From Nemertoderma westbladi (lineage: Eukaryota; Animalia; Xenacoelomorpha): a DNA stretch of 33,985 nucleotides. The stretch is from positions 1 through 33,985 of the forward strand of contig JAUCBJ010002748.1 in assembly GCA_032718475.1 (NCBI GenBank), written 5' to 3'. Shown in pieces: positions 33,264-33,985 of the stretch (position 1 is the first letter of the stretch; every line of letters starts with the position of its first letter). The translations under genes were made by a program, and so were the position numbers. The notes below the pieces were generated by a model that saw only the letters and a program-made list of their open reading frames with translations, did no database searches and was not told the origin of the DNA.

Positions 33264-33542
33264 ATGGTTTTGTTCAGAAATGGAAAAAATGAGAAAGCGC
33301 ATCACCGGGGGTTGAACCAGGGCTATTCGTATGTTTCAGCCTATCAGGCATCAGCAGTTGCGTTCAACTTAAGACCGCCCGTTCAATAGAAGTGGATTAG
33401 TTGGGATAGTGAAATGTCAGGGACAAGTGGTTGAACTGGTTAGCGCTACTGATGATGCCTGATAGGCTGAAACGTACGAATAGCGCTGGTTCAACCCCAG
33501 GTGACGCGCTTTCTCATTTTTTCCATTTCTGAACAAAACCAT
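33264..33542. mobile_element. Inverted-repeat element, Penelope-like pseudo-LTR-type, carrying hammerhead-like motifs
   Basis: Arms of ~100 bp (33264-33368 versus 33430-33542) are near reverse complements. Each arm contains a CTG(A/C)TGA-stem-GAAA motif. Confidence 0.7.
33429..33496 (+). ncRNA. Minimal type I hammerhead ribozyme-like fold (non-canonical core)
   Basis: Stem I AGCGCTA/TAGCGCT, extended by GGTTGAAC/GTTCAACC. CTGATGA at 33449-33455. Stem II GCCT-GAT-AGGC, then GAAA and a palindromic stem III CGTACG. The cleavage triplet is GAA rather than NUH. Confidence 0.55.
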
Positions 33543-33985
33543 CTTTAATTACAGTTGCATTAACAGCTCAACTCCAATTTATTTAGAAAAAGATATACCA
33601 TCAAAAAGATAATCATCAAAAGTACTAAAAATTAAACAACAAATTTTTATCGCCCCCTAGCGGCCTACGTAAGATTTTAAAATTTAACTAAAAAGACTAC
33701 TCCTCCGTTATCTTCCATTTTTATTTTCCGAACTCACATTTTTTGGAACCCAGCATGTTCATTTTCATAATATTTTTTGGCCACTTTTTGTATTTTCATT
33801 TTCTATTTCATATGGCAAAACTCAAAATTAAAAAAAAATGAAAACACCCATGTTTTTTCTAATTTTTTATTTAAAAAATGTGGAAATATTATGAAATCAA
33901 GAAAACTGGAAAAAATTTATTTAAACTTATGAAATTAACTTTCATATAAAGCAAATATGGCAAAAAACGGTTAAGGAATGGCGGA

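Overview
AT-rich, repeat-dense animal (invertebrate-like) genomic DNA, not prokaryotic. Two protein-coding genes lie on the minus strand, one inside the other. (1) The 3' half of a spliced UTP15 gene (U3 snoRNP/SSU-processome WD40 protein). I read five exons by eye: 32745-32965, 27223-27345, 9461-9562, 7630-7822 and 2080-2408. All have GT-AG sites with matching phases; the 5' exons lie beyond the right edge. (2) A complete, intron-less 1296-aa phosphorylase kinase alpha subunit (PHKA) ORF at 21312-25202. It sits in the same orientation inside the ~17.7-kb UTP15 intron (9563-27222), with a 3-codon uORF overlapping its start (TAATG) and a likely poly(A) signal of its own. The introns hold a decayed RTE-clade LINE interrupted by five nested insertions: a Helitron-like element, a PIF/Harbinger MITE carrying a HINE, a tRNA-SINE, another LINE 3' tail and a second antisense RTE. 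There are also hAT MITEs with 8-bp TSDs, a MITE with a 118-bp internal satellite, 19-, 20-, 37- and 50-bp tandem arrays, several palindromes, and an inverted-repeat element holding a hammerhead-ribozyme-like fold. Most short ORFs in the supplied track are spurious or TE-derived. All family assignments come from remembered motifs; no searches were run.
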